This document shows positions 37,361-47,581 of a stretch of 64,000 bases of DNA, piece after piece. Under the pieces are notes generated by a model. It was not told the origin of the DNA. It saw nothing but the letters and a program-made list of their open reading frames with translations, and searched no databases. A program made the position numbers and the translations under genes. Origin of the DNA: an uncultured Gemmatimonadales bacterium (GTDB lineage Bacteria > Gemmatimonadota > Gemmatimonadetes > Gemmatimonadales > GWC2-71-9); assembly GCA_963695555.1 (NCBI GenBank), contig CAVOGR010000005.1, positions 1 through 64,000 of the forward strand, read 5' to 3'. Within the stretch, counting starts at the first letter, position 1. Each line of letters starts with the position of its first letter.

Positions 37361-39177
37361 GCATGATCCCCGATGAAGTGGTCGAGCAGGTCCGCGACAG
37401 CGCCGATCTCGTGGCGATCATCGGTGAGTCGGTTACGCTCAAGCGAACCGGATCAGACTATCGGGGCCCGTGTCCGTTCCATGGCGGGACGCACCGCAAC
37501 TTTGCCGTCATCCCAAAGAAGGGCCTGTTCTACTGTTACGTCTGTCACGCCGGCGGCGATGTCTTCTCCTACTTGATGAAACGCTTCGGCCTGGACTATC
37601 CCACCGCCATCCGAGACGTCGCGCGTCGGGTGGGCGTGGTCATTCCCGAAAGCTCCGGCCCGGCCGCGCCCGACCCGCGCGAGCCGCTCTTCAGCGCTCT
37701 CACGGTAGCCCAGGAGTGGTACACCGGTCAGCTGATCGAGTCTGCGGACGGCAAGGTCGCGCGGAGCTATCTCGAGCGGCGGGAGCTGTCCCTCGATGGG
37801 CTGGCGCCGTACGGATTGGGATATGCGCCACGCGGCAACGCCTTTGTGCGTGCCATGACGGAGTTGGGTATTGCGGAATCGGTGCTGATCGAGGCCGGCC
37901 TACTGGTGCGTCGGGACGACGGGAGGATCGTGGCGCGGTTTCGCGACCGCCTGTTGTTTCCCATCGCGGATGGCCGTGGCCGGGTGGTCGGGTTCGGTGG
38001 GCGGATCCTAGGCCGCGGAGAGCCGAAGTATCTCAACTCTCCCGATACCGATGTGTTCCACAAGGGCCGGCTGCTGTACAACCTGCATTTCGCTAAGAAC
38101 GCCATCCGCAAAGCGGATGAGGTCCTGCTGGTGGAAGGGTATTTCGACGTACTCCGCCTCGTCCTGGCGGGATTCGAGCACGTGGTCGCACCACTCGGCA
38201 CGGCGCTCACGGCCGATCAGGCAACGATCCTCAAGCGCTATGCACCCAAAGCGATTCTGCTGTACGACAGCGACAGCGCGGGCCTTCGCGCCACGTTCCG
38301 CGCGGCGGACGAGTTGTTACGGCACAAGATGCGGGTCCACGTGGCCACCCTACCAACCGGCCAGGACCCCGATTCACTGGTCCAGGTGGGGGGCAAAGAC
38401 GCCCTCGAAGACGTGTTGCGCGATGCCACGGATGTGCTCGAACGGAAGATCCAGTTGCTCGAGCGCAAGGGCTGGTTCGAGAACGTGGCGCACCGCCGTG
38501 CCGCGATCGACCGGTTGTTACCGACCCTCCGCGCCACGGCCGACCCGATCGAGCGGGAACTCTACCTGACGCGGGTGGCGGAAAAGAGCGGCATCAGCAA
38601 GGATGTCCTGGCGCAGGAAGTTGCCCGGACCCCGGCCGTCGGCGCGCCGCCGCGATCCGAAACGGTCGCGCCGGGGCGGCGCGCCCCGCAAGCGGCCGGA
38701 CGGCGCGATGGCGAGTCGGCCGAGCGTGCCTTGCTCCGGGTCATTCTGCATGATCCAACGTGGTTGGAGCGGGCTCGACAAGACGTGCGACCGGAGTGGT
38801 TTGAGGGCACCGCGCTGCGTGAACTGTTCGAGAGTCTCAGCGGTGCGGGAGGGGAGCGGGGGCAGGGCGAGGTGCCACCGGGGCTATCTGAGGGCGCGGC
38901 CCGGCTCTGGGCCGAGCTCAAGGCGCTCGAGTCCGAACTTGCCCAGCAAGACGTCGACGACCTATTCGTGCGCAGTTGCCAGGTCTTGGAGGCGCGTCCG
39001 CTCTTCCGAGAGTTCGAGCGGCTCACAAGTCAAATCCGGAATGCGCCGGAAGAGGAAAAAGGCGCGTTGCTGACCCAGCATCAGACCCGGAAGCAGGAAC
39101 TCGAAGCGCGCTTCCCCGGCGAGTGGTATCGGCGCCACTTCCGCCGCACCGTGTCGCGGCGGCGGACCACGCCCTGA
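37357..39177 (+). CDS. dnaG: DNA primase
   Basis: CPFH..CYVC zinc finger, FGGR, PKYLNSP, VEGYFD, YDSD. Confidence 0.97.
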   Translation: MSMIPDEVVEQVRDSADLVAIIGESVTLKRTGSDYRGPCPFHGGTHRNFAVIPKKGLFYCYVCHAGGDVFSYLMKRFGLDYPTAIRDVARRVGVVIPESSGPAAPDPREPLFSALTVAQEWYTGQLIESADGKVARSYLERRELSLDGLAPYGLGYAPRGNAFVRAMTELGIAESVLIEAGLLVRRDDGRIVARFRDRLLFPIADGRGRVVGFGGRILGRGEPKYLNSPDTDVFHKGRLLYNLHFAKNAIRKADEVLLVEGYFDVLRLVLAGFEHVVAPLGTALTADQATILKRYAPKAILLYDSDSAGLRATFRAADELLRHKMRVHVATLPTGQDPDSLVQVGGKDALEDVLRDATDVLERKIQLLERKGWFENVAHRRAAIDRLLPTLRATADPIERELYLTRVAEKSGISKDVLAQEVARTPAVGAPPRSETVAPGRRAPQAAGRRDGESAERALLRVILHDPTWLERARQDVRPEWFEGTALRELFESLSGAGGERGQGEVPPGLSEGAARLWAELKALESELAQQDVDDLFVRSCQVLEARPLFREFERLTSQIRNAPEEEKGALLTQHQTRKQELEARFPGEWYRRHFRRTVSRRRTTP

Positions 39178-39225
39178 ATGTGTACGTCGTTGGAATGATT
39201 GTCTGTGCAGTGAAAAGGAGTACTC

Positions 39226-39939
39226 ATGCATCCTGATCTCGTGAAATTGTTGGATCTGCAGTCCAAGGACTTGGCCTTATTGGAAATCGACACCCGGCTG
39301 GCGGATGTGGCCGAGATGACCGCCACGTTGGATCGGGCCGTGGAGGTGGCGGAGCACGGGGTCTCCGCGGCGGCACGCGCGGTTGCCGATGCCATTCAGC
39401 GTCGGGCCGAGTTGGAAGCCAAGATCGAAACCTACCGCGTCCAGCAGGAGCGTCGCCGGCAAGCCATCGAGATGACGCACCCCGGCAAACGGGCCGCCAC
39501 CCTCATGGCCGAACTGGATCTTGCCCGTTCCGTGCTGGCACAGGAGGAGAGCGAGTGGGTGAGGCTGTCCGACCAGGTCACGAGCCTGGAGGCGAAGGTC
39601 ACCGAGGGGGAAGCCGGTCTCGATGCCTTGCGCGAGGAACAGGTTCCCGAGCGGGCCAGCCTGGGAGCGCAGGAGGACGACATCCATGCCGAGCGCAACG
39701 CCGCCCTCAAGGTACGGGCCGAGTGCGCGGCACAAGTCGATAAGCGCTTGCTCACCCGATATGATCGTTTGCGCCAGAATCGGTCGCCGCAAGTGGTGGT
39801 GCAGATGAGCGGCGCTGCGTGCGGATCCTGTTTCACTGCGGTGCCGCTCCACCGTCGCTCGCTCATCAAGAGCGGCGCGGTGGTGGAAGGATGCGAGGTG
39901 TGCGGCGTCATTCTCTACATTCCGGAGGACGAGCAGTAG
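39226..39939 (+). CDS. Coiled-coil C4-type zinc-ribbon protein (DUF164 type)
   Basis: Long coiled coil, CGSC...CEVC. Confidence 0.88.
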   Translation: MHPDLVKLLDLQSKDLALLEIDTRLADVAEMTATLDRAVEVAEHGVSAAARAVADAIQRRAELEAKIETYRVQQERRRQAIEMTHPGKRAATLMAELDLARSVLAQEESEWVRLSDQVTSLEAKVTEGEAGLDALREEQVPERASLGAQEDDIHAERNAALKVRAECAAQVDKRLLTRYDRLRQNRSPQVVVQMSGAACGSCFTAVPLHRRSLIKSGAVVEGCEVCGVILYIPEDEQ

Positions 39940-39970
39940 GCGGGCGGGGCGCGTCTATTTATCCTCCAGT

Positions 39971-41733
39971 ATGACGGACTTGTTCGCTCCGCCGCCGGTC
40001 GAGTGGATGGTGGCACCGGCCCCAGATTGGGCAGAGGCAGAGGCCCTTGCCAAGGGGCTCGGCATTCCGTCGCCGCTCGCCGCGCTCCTACTGCAGCGCG
40101 GGTTTGACACTCCGGAATCCGCCCGAACCTTTCTCAAGCCGTCACTCGACCAACTCACCAACCCGCTGGCTCTCGCCGGTATGGCGGAAGCCGTGGACGT
40201 GATCGCGGACACCGTCGCCGCCGGCCACCCCATCATGGTGCACGGCGACTACGACGTCGACGGCCAGTGTGGGGCGGCGCTCCTGACCCGAGCACTCGGG
40301 GCCGCCGGTGCTCAGGTTGTGCCGTTCGTTCCCCATCGCACCCGCGACGGCTACGACTTTGGACCGGCCGGCGTAGCGGCGGCGGCGGAAGCGGGTGTTG
40401 CGCTCATCGTGACATGCGACTGCGGAATCACGGCCGGTGCGGCCGTCGAGCAGGCCCGATCTCAAGGCATCGGTGTGGTCATCACCGACCACCATCTTCC
40501 CGGACCTGAGTTGCCGGACGCGGCAGCCGTGGTCGATCCTCAGCGGCCGGACGACCGATCCGACACCGGCTATCTCTGTGGCTCCGGGGTGGCCTTCAAG
40601 CTGGTGCAGGCCCTGGTGCCACGGCTCGGTCTCCCGGCCAACTTGCCGTTTCATCTGCTCGATTACGTGGCACTGGCCACCGTCGCCGACATCGTCCCCC
40701 TGGTGGGGGAAAACCGGGCGCTGGTGCGCGCATGGCCTCAAAGTCCTGGCCGACAGCCGGTGGCCCGGACTTCGAGCCCTGGTCGCCTCGGCGGGTCTCG
40801 CCGGTGGGGACATTCGGGCCGGTCATCTGGGGTTCATCCTCGGACCGCGACTCAATGCGGTGGGCCGAATCGGAGAGGCCAAGGACGGGCTCCAGCTGCT
40901 GGTGACGGATGACGAGGCGGAAGCCGAGCGCCTTGCCCGGCGCCTCGAGGCAATCAACCTGGAGCGGCAAGCCATGGATCAGCGGATCCTCGGTGAAGCT
41001 CTCGACATGGTTGAGCGCGAGGTCGACCCGGATCGGGATTACGGCCTGGTCCTGGCGGCGGAGGGGTGGCACGCCGGCGTCGTCGGGATCGTGGCGTCCC
41101 GCGTGGTGGAGCGCTATGGCGGCCCGCCTTTCTGGTGGCGCTGGACGGGCGAAACCGGGAAGGGCTCCGGCCGGAGCATCGCCAGGTTCGACTTGCACGC
41201 GGCGCTTCAGGATTGCGGTGATCTGCTCGATCGGTTCGGGGGCCATCGCATGGCAGCCGGGCTGACGATTCAGCGCGCCCGCCTGGCCGAGTTCCGCGAG
41301 CGGTTTGCGGCGGTGGCGCGCGAGCGATTGACGGCGGCCGATCTCGGACCCAGGCAGCGCGTCGATCTCGTCATCGAGCTTTCCGACGTCGACCGACGCC
41401 CTCGAGCGGTTATGCCGCCACCTCGAGCCGTGCGGTATGGGCAATCCGGGGCCCGTGTTTGCCGCCCGCAACGTTCGACTCGAAGAGGCGCGGATGGTGG
41501 GCAACGGTCATCTGAAGGCGATCCTCCGAGCCCCTGGTGGGCGGCTCGATGCGATCGGTTTCAGATGGGCCGACGGCCTGCCTGAGGCTGGCTCCACGAC
41601 CGTGGATGTTGCGTTCAAGCTCGATCGGAACGAGTATCGGGGGCGAAGCACGCTTCAAGCCCGCCTCGTCGCCATGGGCCCGACCTCTGCCGAGAGTTCC
41701 AAAGTGACGACTTCCCCTCAACGACATGGCTAG
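39971..41733 (+). CDS. recJ: ssDNA exonuclease RecJ (frameshifts near 40730, 41130 and 41400)
   Basis: GDYDVDG, TDHH, GPRLNAVGR, GSGRS, FGGHRMAAG, GNPGP across three ORFs. Confidence 0.92.
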
Positions 41734-41736
41734 ACG

Positions 41737-42252
41737 GTGCGCATCATTGCCGGGACGTTTCGGGGGCGTCGCCTCGCCGCACCGCGCGGCCGGCGAGTCC
41801 GGCCCACCAGCGGCCGCGTTCGGGAAGCGTGGATGAGCATTCTCGGCGAGCACCTGGTGGGAGCGAGGGTGCTCGACCTCTTCGCGGGGAGCGGTGCGCT
41901 GGGGCTCGAGGCGCTGTCGCGCGGCGCGGCCTCCGTCACCTTCGTGGAATGTGAGGGCGCGGCGGTGCGCGCGCTTCGCACCAACATCGCCAGCCTCGGC
42001 GTGGAGGAGCGTGCTACCATCCACCGCGGAGACTCCATGAGCGTTGCCCGACGGCTCGGCCCGGGGTCGTATGATGTGGTCTTGGCCGATCCACCATATG
42101 GCGAAAAAGCCGCGACGGAACTCGTGCGCCTCTTCCGCCGAGCCCCATTTGCGCGCATTCTTTCCGTCGAACATGCTGCGGACGAGAGCGTCGAGGGTGA
42201 TGCCACGCGGCGCTATGGATCGACTGCCATCACATTCTGCTACGCGCCATGA
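41737..42252 (+). CDS. rsmD: 16S rRNA m2G966 methyltransferase
   Basis: RIIAG, RPT, DLFAGSGALGLEALSRG, DPPY. Confidence 0.95.
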   Translation: MRIIAGTFRGRRLAAPRGRRVRPTSGRVREAWMSILGEHLVGARVLDLFAGSGALGLEALSRGAASVTFVECEGAAVRALRTNIASLGVEERATIHRGDSMSVARRLGPGSYDVVLADPPYGEKAATELVRLFRRAPFARILSVEHAADESVEGDATRRYGSTAITFCYAP

Positions 42253-42731
42253 AACGCATTGGACTATACCCCGGGTCGTTTGACCCGCCCACCAAAGGCC
42301 ATGAGGATCTGATTCGTCGGAGCCTCACGCTGTGCGACCGGCTGGTCGTGGCCGTGGCCGCGAACGGGTCAAAGGACGCGCTGTTTACCCCGGACGAGCG
42401 ATTGGCCATGCTGCGTGGCGCCGTGGGGGAGCAGCCGAATGTGTCTTTCCGCGCCTTCGACGGGCTGCTTGCCGATCTGGCCCGTGAGATCGATGCCTCG
42501 ATCATCATTCGCGGACTGCGGGCCGTGAGTGATTTCGAGTATGAATTCCAAATGGCCCTGATGAACCGGCAGCTGCACCCAGGCCTAGAAACGGTCTTCC
42601 TGGTCGCGGCGCTCGACCTGACCTACCTCAGTTCCAGCCTCGTCCGCGAGATCGCGCGGCTCAACGGCGACGTGAGTACCTTCGTGCACCCGGTGGTCGC
42701 GGATGCGCTCACGCGGCGATTTGCCCGATGA
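42249..42731 (+). CDS. coaD: Pantetheine-phosphate adenylyltransferase
   Basis: [31 protein letters not shown]. Confidence 0.97.
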   Translation: MKRIGLYPGSFDPPTKGHEDLIRRSLTLCDRLVVAVAANGSKDALFTPDERLAMLRGAVGEQPNVSFRAFDGLLADLAREIDASIIIRGLRAVSDFEYEFQMALMNRQLHPGLETVFLVAALDLTYLSSSLVREIARLNGDVSTFVHPVVADALTRRFAR

Positions 42732-43666
42732 GTTTCCGCGCCGCACTCCGATCCCGGGCCACGCGCGCGGGGGTGCGACTGGTCTTCGCCGAGGGGGGCG
42801 ATCCTCGGATTCAGGCAGCCGCCAAGGCCGTTGAGGACCTTGGGATCGCGCATCCCATCATCATTGGCGGACCGGCTGGCATCGACCCGGTTTCCGATTC
42901 CCGGGCGAGCAGCGTGGCGGAGCATCTCAGGGCCAGCCGACCGGACGCGGTGCGTGACGCAGTCCATGCCCTCGATCTCGCGGCGGAACCGGTGCTCTTC
43001 GCGGCAAGCCTCGTTGCGTTGGGGGAGGCCGATGGCTGTGTCGCCGGGGCGGTGCATACCACGGGAGATGTGGTGCGTGCCGCCCTGTGGGGGATTGGCG
43101 TCGCTCCCGATCATGGCCTGGTGAGTTCAGCGTTCTATATGGTCTTTCCGGACGACACCGTGCTGACCTTTACCGACTGCGCCGTGGTGCCCAACCCCAG
43201 CGCGGAGGAACTGGCTCACATTGCCCTTGCCGCCGCGCGGGATAGGCCGAGGCTGGTCGGTGATTCGCCACGGGTCGCATTTCTTTCGTTCAGCACCAAG
43301 GGCAGCGCTGACACGCCACAGGTGGAGCGGGTCCGGGAGGCGGTGAGCCTGTTCCGCGATCTTGCACCCGGCATCCCCTGCGACGGGGAGTTGCAAGGTG
43401 ACGCGGCGCTCGTGCCCGATGTTGCGGCGCGCAAGGCGCCGCAGTCGGCCGTGGCGGGGCGCGCCAACGTGCTCGTCTTTCCGAACCTGGATGCCGGCAA
43501 CATCGCGTACAAATTGGTCCAGCGACTGGGCCACGCCACAGCCCTCGGTCCTCTCTTGCAAGGCTTGGCCCGGCCCATGGCGGATCTGTCGCGAGGAGCA
43601 ACCGTGGATGATATTGTGGAGATTGCGGCGTTGGTCTCGCTCCAGACCGGTCCTACGAGCACCTGA
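42728..43666 (+). CDS. pta: Phosphate acetyltransferase (short form)
   Basis: [42 protein letters not shown]. Confidence 0.9.
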   Translation: MSFRAALRSRATRAGVRLVFAEGGDPRIQAAAKAVEDLGIAHPIIIGGPAGIDPVSDSRASSVAEHLRASRPDAVRDAVHALDLAAEPVLFAASLVALGEADGCVAGAVHTTGDVVRAALWGIGVAPDHGLVSSAFYMVFPDDTVLTFTDCAVVPNPSAEELAHIALAAARDRPRLVGDSPRVAFLSFSTKGSADTPQVERVREAVSLFRDLAPGIPCDGELQGDAALVPDVAARKAPQSAVAGRANVLVFPNLDAGNIAYKLVQRLGHATALGPLLQGLARPMADLSRGATVDDIVEIAALVSLQTGPTST

Positions 43667-43677
43667 GGGAGGATGTG

Positions 43678-44013
43678 ATGGAGTTCAGCGCGACGAATCA
43701 TGAGTCCGGAGTGGTCGTTGTCCGCGTGGAGGGACAGCTCATCGTCGGCAATCGTCAGGAGCTGAAGGCTCTCATCCAGGATGCGCTCGACGAAGGGAAG
43801 CGCCGGTTCCTCATTGATTTTGCGAACACCGGCTATATCGATTCCTCCGGGCTTGGCGCCCTGGTCTCCATCTCGAAGAAGATCCGCGACCAGAGCGGGA
43901 CGCTGCGGCTCGCCGGTTTGAACGAGGATCTTCGTTCGCTGTTCGAACTGACCAAGCTCGACACGCTCTTCGCGATCGACGCCTCCGCCACCCAGGCGCT
44001 CGCCAAGTTTTGA
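43678..44013 (+). CDS. STAS-domain anti-sigma factor antagonist
   Basis: YIDSSGLGALV. Confidence 0.93.
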   Translation: MEFSATNHESGVVVVRVEGQLIVGNRQELKALIQDALDEGKRRFLIDFANTGYIDSSGLGALVSISKKIRDQSGTLRLAGLNEDLRSLFELTKLDTLFAIDASATQALAKF

Positions 44014-44029
44014 CGGGCGGGTAACGCCC

Positions 44030-44497
44030 ATGACGGCTCCGCTCAAACTCTGCGTACGTCGAACGGACGTGGTCACGTCCGCGGGCCCCGCCGTCGAGGT
44101 GTCGGTGGTCCTGCCGAGCGATGTGCGGTTCATCGAGGAAGCCGTCGAGCTCATGGCGCGCCATTGTTTCGCCGGGTACCGGGTATCCAGTCGCCTCCGA
44201 TTTCGCCTCCAGGTGACACTCTCCGAAGCGTTGGCGAACGCCATCATTTGCGGAAACGGGCAGAATCCGGAGAAGCAGGTCATCATTCGCGCCCACAGCG
44301 CCGCTGACCACATCGAGCTGGTGGTGACCGACGAAGGAAGCGGCTTCGACCCGGACCGTGTCGTCACGTCGGGTGCGGCGACGGTAATCGATAGCCAATG
44401 TGGGCGTGGGCTGTTTCTCATCCGGCAACTCGCGGACCGGATCGCCTACAACGCGGAAGGAAACTCCATCTGTATCACGCTGGGCCGCCACCTCTAG
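44030..44497 (+). CDS. RsbW-like anti-sigma factor / Ser kinase (HATPase_c)
   Basis: EALANAI, DEGSGFDP, GRGLFLI. Confidence 0.9.
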   Translation: MTAPLKLCVRRTDVVTSAGPAVEVSVVLPSDVRFIEEAVELMARHCFAGYRVSSRLRFRLQVTLSEALANAIICGNGQNPEKQVIIRAHSAADHIELVVTDEGSGFDPDRVVTSGAATVIDSQCGRGLFLIRQLADRIAYNAEGNSICITLGRHL

Positions 44498-46074
44498 GAC
44501 GCGTCGACGCTGCCCTGCGAGCCGTGGGCGAACTGGGTGGGTGTTCGCTGCGCCTCTGGCACGTGGATGGCGAGCGGCTGTGGCTCCTTGCCGGGCCGGA
44601 TCCGGGCTGGGTGCCTGCCGTTCCGCGGACCGCCGGACTACTCGAGACGCCCGGAGGGACGCACTGGTTCGCCCAGGTTCCGGGCCTCGAAGACTTCTGG
44701 CTCGAGTTGGCATCCCAGGCAGATGGGACAGCGGCCCTGGCTGTTGGCGAACGGGCCGGGCAGGTCGTCGGCGCACTCCTCACCGCCGAGCGGGAACTGG
44801 GGCAGATGACCGAGGAGCTCGTGGGCCGGTATGAAGAAATCGATCTGCTCTACGCCATCAGCGAAATTCTCGGCCAGACCGTGCGTTTGGATGTGGCTAC
44901 CGGGACCATCTTGCGGGAAGTGAGCACCGTGGTCGGGGCACGGCGCGCATCGATCATGGTGTTTGACGAACCGGGAGATACCCTCCGGGTGGTGGCCTCA
45001 CGCGGAGCCGTGCCAGGCTCGGCGGCCCCGGTGCCCGTCACCCACCCGACATCCGTCGCTGCGCGCGCATTCCGCGAGCGGAGCGTGGTGTCGAGCGACG
45101 ATCACAAGCAGGCTTCCTCCCCGAGCGTCCCAAGCGGGGACCGAGGCTACCTGGGCACCTCATACCTCAGCATCCCCATTTGCTACGCCGCGCCAGGCAT
45201 GGGGACGCGCTGCGTGGGTGTTATCAACCTCACCGATCGAATTGGCGGAGACAGCTTCACGGCTGGTGACCGGAAGCTGCTCGCTGCGGTCGCCAATCAG
45301 ATCGGCGCCGCAATCGAGAACTCACGGCTGGTTATCCGGGATCTGCGGCAGCAGCGCCTGCACCACGAGCTCGAGTTGGCCCACGATCTTCAACTCCGGC
45401 TGCTTCCCGATCCCTCCGTGCTGCTGCCCGAAGCGGAGGTCGCAGCCCGCTGCCGGCCGGCCGAGTCGGTCGGCGGCGACTTCTATACTTTTACGCGGCT
45501 CGGCCGGGGGCGGGTCGGCGTCATGCTGGGGGACGTGTCGTCGCACGGATTCTCCGCCGCGCTGGTCATGGCGCTGGTCATGTCGGCCGCCGGCATCCAT
45601 TCCTCCGCGGGGAGTGCGCCCGATGAGACACTCACGGCCATGCTCGAAAGCCTCTCGGGAGACCTGACCTCGACCGAGATGTACCTAACGGTCTTCTACG
45701 GCGTCTTCAACTCGCGCTCGCGCCGGCTGATCTATGCAAACGCCGGGCACCAACACGCCTTCAGAATCCCGGCCGTCGGTCCGCCCCAACGGCTGGAGAC
45801 CACCGCGCCGCCCCTGGGACTGGCCGCCGGCAAATCGATCAAGCGGAGCCGGACGGCATGGCAAAGCTCCGACCTCCTGTGTCTCTGGACCGACGGCCTG
45901 ATCGATGCAACGAATGCGGCGGGCGAGGTCTTCGGTGAGGATCGGCTCCTGGCCGAGCTGTGCGCAGAGCGGACCCGGCCCGTGGCGGAGATCGTGGATG
46001 CCGTCTTCTCCAAGGCCGATGCATTCGCGCCGACACCCCGCGACGATCGCTCGCTCTTGGTTCTCCGGATCTGA
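44398..46074 (+). CDS. GAF + SpoIIE/PP2C (RsbU-like) phosphatase; true start probably near 44500
   Basis: ELELAHDLQ, VGGDFY, GDVSSHG, TDGL, DDRS. Confidence 0.9.
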   Translation: MWAWAVSHPATRGPDRLQRGRKLHLYHAGPPPLGRVDAALRAVGELGGCSLRLWHVDGERLWLLAGPDPGWVPAVPRTAGLLETPGGTHWFAQVPGLEDFWLELASQADGTAALAVGERAGQVVGALLTAERELGQMTEELVGRYEEIDLLYAISEILGQTVRLDVATGTILREVSTVVGARRASIMVFDEPGDTLRVVASRGAVPGSAAPVPVTHPTSVAARAFRERSVVSSDDHKQASSPSVPSGDRGYLGTSYLSIPICYAAPGMGTRCVGVINLTDRIGGDSFTAGDRKLLAAVANQIGAAIENSRLVIRDLRQQRLHHELELAHDLQLRLLPDPSVLLPEAEVAARCRPAESVGGDFYTFTRLGRGRVGVMLGDVSSHGFSAALVMALVMSAAGIHSSAGSAPDETLTAMLESLSGDLTSTEMYLTVFYGVFNSRSRRLIYANAGHQHAFRIPAVGPPQRLETTAPPLGLAAGKSIKRSRTAWQSSDLLCLWTDGLIDATNAAGEVFGEDRLLAELCAERTRPVAEIVDAVFSKADAFAPTPRDDRSLLVLRI

Positions 46075-46098
46075 GTAGGACAGCCTAGTTTTCCTGCC

Positions 46099-46896
46099 AT
46101 GCCCCGAGCAAAGCGCGAACTCGGCCAGCACTTCCTGTCCGATCCGAGCATCCTGCGGCGAATTGTCGCCGCACTAGATCCAGATCGGGGTGACGTTGTC
46201 TTGGAAATCGGGCCGGGGCGGGGATCCCTCACCTCGGTGCTGCTGGAACGGGTCGACCATGTCATCGCCGTCGAGCGTGACAGGGATCTGATTCCAGGGC
46301 TCAGGCAGGACTTTCCGTCGGCCACCATTATCCACGGCGACGCGCTCGATCTCGACTGGCATGCCCTTGCGAAAGACCGGCCGTTCCTTGTTGTCGGCAA
46401 CATTCCCTACCAAATCACCACTCCGCTCATCGACAAGGCGCTGACCCCGCCGCGGCCGGCCCGGATCGTCTTCTTGATCCAGCGCGAAGTTGCGGAACGA
46501 CTGACGGCGTCCCCGGGGACGAAGGCCTACGGAGCGCTCACGATTGGCGTGCAGGCGCTGGCTCAGGTGGAACGCCTGTTCCGAGTCCCCGCCGGCGCAT
46601 TCCACCCGCCGCCTCAGGTCCAGTCGGCGGTGGTCCGGCTCACCCCGCGGCGAGAGCCGTTGGTCGCGGACCGCGAGAGCAGGGAATTCCGGCGCCTGGT
46701 GGTCGGGCTGTTCGGGTTCCGCCGCAAGCAGCTGCTCCGCGCGGTGCGGGGTCTGACCGGGCTGCCTCCGGGAACCGCATCGGAGGTGTTGGAGCGGGCG
46801 GGCGTGGCCGGGAGCATCCGACCCGAAGGGCTGGCCCCTCCTGATTGCGTCAGGCTGTTCAGGAGTCTCGTTGACGGAGGATGGTGGCCGCGCTAG
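46099..46896 (+). CDS. rsmA: 16S rRNA dimethyladenosine transferase
   Basis: LGQHFL, EIGPGRG, GNIPYQIT. Confidence 0.96.
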   Translation: MPRAKRELGQHFLSDPSILRRIVAALDPDRGDVVLEIGPGRGSLTSVLLERVDHVIAVERDRDLIPGLRQDFPSATIIHGDALDLDWHALAKDRPFLVVGNIPYQITTPLIDKALTPPRPARIVFLIQREVAERLTASPGTKAYGALTIGVQALAQVERLFRVPAGAFHPPPQVQSAVVRLTPRREPLVADRESREFRRLVVGLFGFRRKQLLRAVRGLTGLPPGTASEVLERAGVAGSIRPEGLAPPDCVRLFRSLVDGGWWPR

Positions 46897-46898
46897 CT

Positions 46899-46916
46899 TT
46901 GTGAAACATTTCACAT
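46899..46916. promoter_or_regulatory. Rex operator overlapping the rex start codon
   Basis: TTGTGAA-ACAT-TTCACAT versus consensus TTGTGAA-N4-TTCACAA. Confidence 0.85.
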
Positions 46917-47535
46917 GCCAAAAGTCGCCGACTCCACCATCCGCCGCCTCTCCCTCTATTTGCGGTTCCTCGAGGAATTCGAGGAGCGCGGTACCGCGAC
47001 TGTCAGCTCTGATGCCTTGGCCGCGCGTGGCGGCACGACCTCGGCCCAGGTCCGGAAGGACCTCTCGTTCTTCGGTTCGTTCGGCAAACGGGGCCTCGGG
47101 TACCGTGTGCCGGAGCTGGCCAGTCGGTTGCGTCAGATCCTCGGGCTGGGCGGCCGCTACCGGGTCGCGCTCATCGGGGCCGGAAAGATCGGCAGCGCAC
47201 TCTATCAGCATCACGGGTTCCGCGATCGCGGATTCGATATCGTGGCTGTCTTCGATCGCGATCCCCAGAAGATCGGGCACGTCTGGAACGGAGTTCCGGT
47301 GGCCGATGTGGCTCAGCTCGAGACCATCCTCGGCGCTCAATCGGTCGACATCGCAATTCTGGTGACGCCCGCCGAGGCCGCCCAAGAAACAGCGGACCGC
47401 TTGGTGCGCTTAGGCATCAAGGCCATCCTGAACTTCGCCCCTGTGCAGCTCAGCGTCCCCCACGAGGTGGCCGTCAAGACGGTCAACCTCGTCCTCGAAC
47501 TCGAAGCGCTCTCCTACTCCCTCACCAATCGGTGA
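46915..47535 (+). CDS. rex: Redox-sensing repressor Rex
   Basis: RRLSLYLR, QVRKDLSFFGSFGKRGLGY, GAGKIG, ILNFAP. Confidence 0.96.
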   Translation: MPKVADSTIRRLSLYLRFLEEFEERGTATVSSDALAARGGTTSAQVRKDLSFFGSFGKRGLGYRVPELASRLRQILGLGGRYRVALIGAGKIGSALYQHHGFRDRGFDIVAVFDRDPQKIGHVWNGVPVADVAQLETILGAQSVDIAILVTPAEAAQETADRLVRLGIKAILNFAPVQLSVPHEVAVKTVNLVLELEALSYSLTNR

Positions 47536-47581
47536 CGCGCGGCCGGGCGCCAGGCCCGGGACCCGGTTAGGTTTCCCGTCC

